Shown here one piece after another: positions 63,649 through 64,000 of a stretch of 64,000 nt of DNA (position 1 is its first letter; each line of letters starts with the position of its first letter). This stretch comes from a phage. The notes under the pieces are model-generated. The model saw only the letters and a list, made by a program, of their open reading frames with translations. It was not told where the DNA came from and ran no database searches. The position numbers were made by a program, and so were the translations under genes. Where the stretch lies: sequence record PZ445446.1. One strand, 5' to 3'.

Positions 63649-64000
63649 TAATTTGTAGCTCTCGTAAAACCTCCCTAATTGCGGGGAAATCTTTACTATT
63701 AATACCACCAACCTGTCATGGTAACATGATAGAGGCTTCGAAGAGAGATCGAAGGTATGGTAACAGTGTGTTAATTTAGATAATCCGCAGCGAAGCATCC
63801 GAGAGGATGAACGTTCAACGACTAGTCGAAAGACGTAGAATCAAGCGATTCGAAACGGGAGGATAAGCGGTTGTTGTCGCTTATAAGATATAGTCTGGTC
63901 TGCATGGAGACATGCAGCTGCCTGAAAATGGCGGGGCAAGACTAGCGACCTTGCCCGAACATAAACGACACAATTCGAATGGGAGCAGATAGACTATCTG
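63649..64000 (+). ncRNA. group I self-splicing intron (5' portion; continues beyond window)
   Basis: Core elements in canonical order: P-like aattgcggggaaa (~63677), Q-like aatccgcagcg (~63782), R-like gttcaacgactag (~63813), S-like aagatatagtc (~63885); exon ends in U; candidate IGS gctctc can pair with exon gagggu. Confidence 0.65.

Overview
The window reads as a contiguous slice of a large virulent tailed dsDNA phage of a Gram-negative, probably enterobacterial-type, host (E. coli-like sigma70 promoters and SD sites, lambda R-type lysozyme, Rz/Rz1-like spanins). All calls are by eye from motifs; no search was run, so coordinates of hairpins and promoters are approximate. Layout: (1) 1-6.9 kb and 7.9-17.9 kb, rightward arrays of about 45 small early-type genes, many with their own TTGACA/TATAAT promoter, including an SSB-like protein and a macro-domain-like protein; (2) 6.9-7.9 kb and 18.0-20.4 kb, repeat-rich non-coding zones; (3) 20.4-57.3 kb, a leftward block: about 35 small acidic proteins in paralogous families with an embedded ribosome hibernation factor (HPF/RaiA) homologue, then DNA methyltransferases, ClpP-like protease, PhoH, NrdG/NrdD/glutaredoxin/NrdB/NrdA, ThyX, HAD phosphatase, dNMP kinase, DEDDh exonuclease, endonuclease VII-like, RuvC-like, T4-type RNase H, HNH endonuclease, lysozyme, ATP-dependent DNA ligase, Sir2 and T4 Rnl1-type RNA ligase; (4) 57.3-64 kb, rightward: P-loop kinase plus metallophosphoesterase, an HTH protein, palindromic iterons, two GC-rich structured non-coding segments, six canonical tRNA genes plus one atypical tRNA-like gene, a spanin pair, and a terminase large-subunit gene that stops after its Walker B motif and runs into a group I intron continuing past the window end. 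Strongest candidates for something new: the phage-borne HPF homologue inside the small-gene block, the intron-split terminase, the split RNA-repair module, and the stereotyped promoter/5'-hairpin/small-ORF cassettes.
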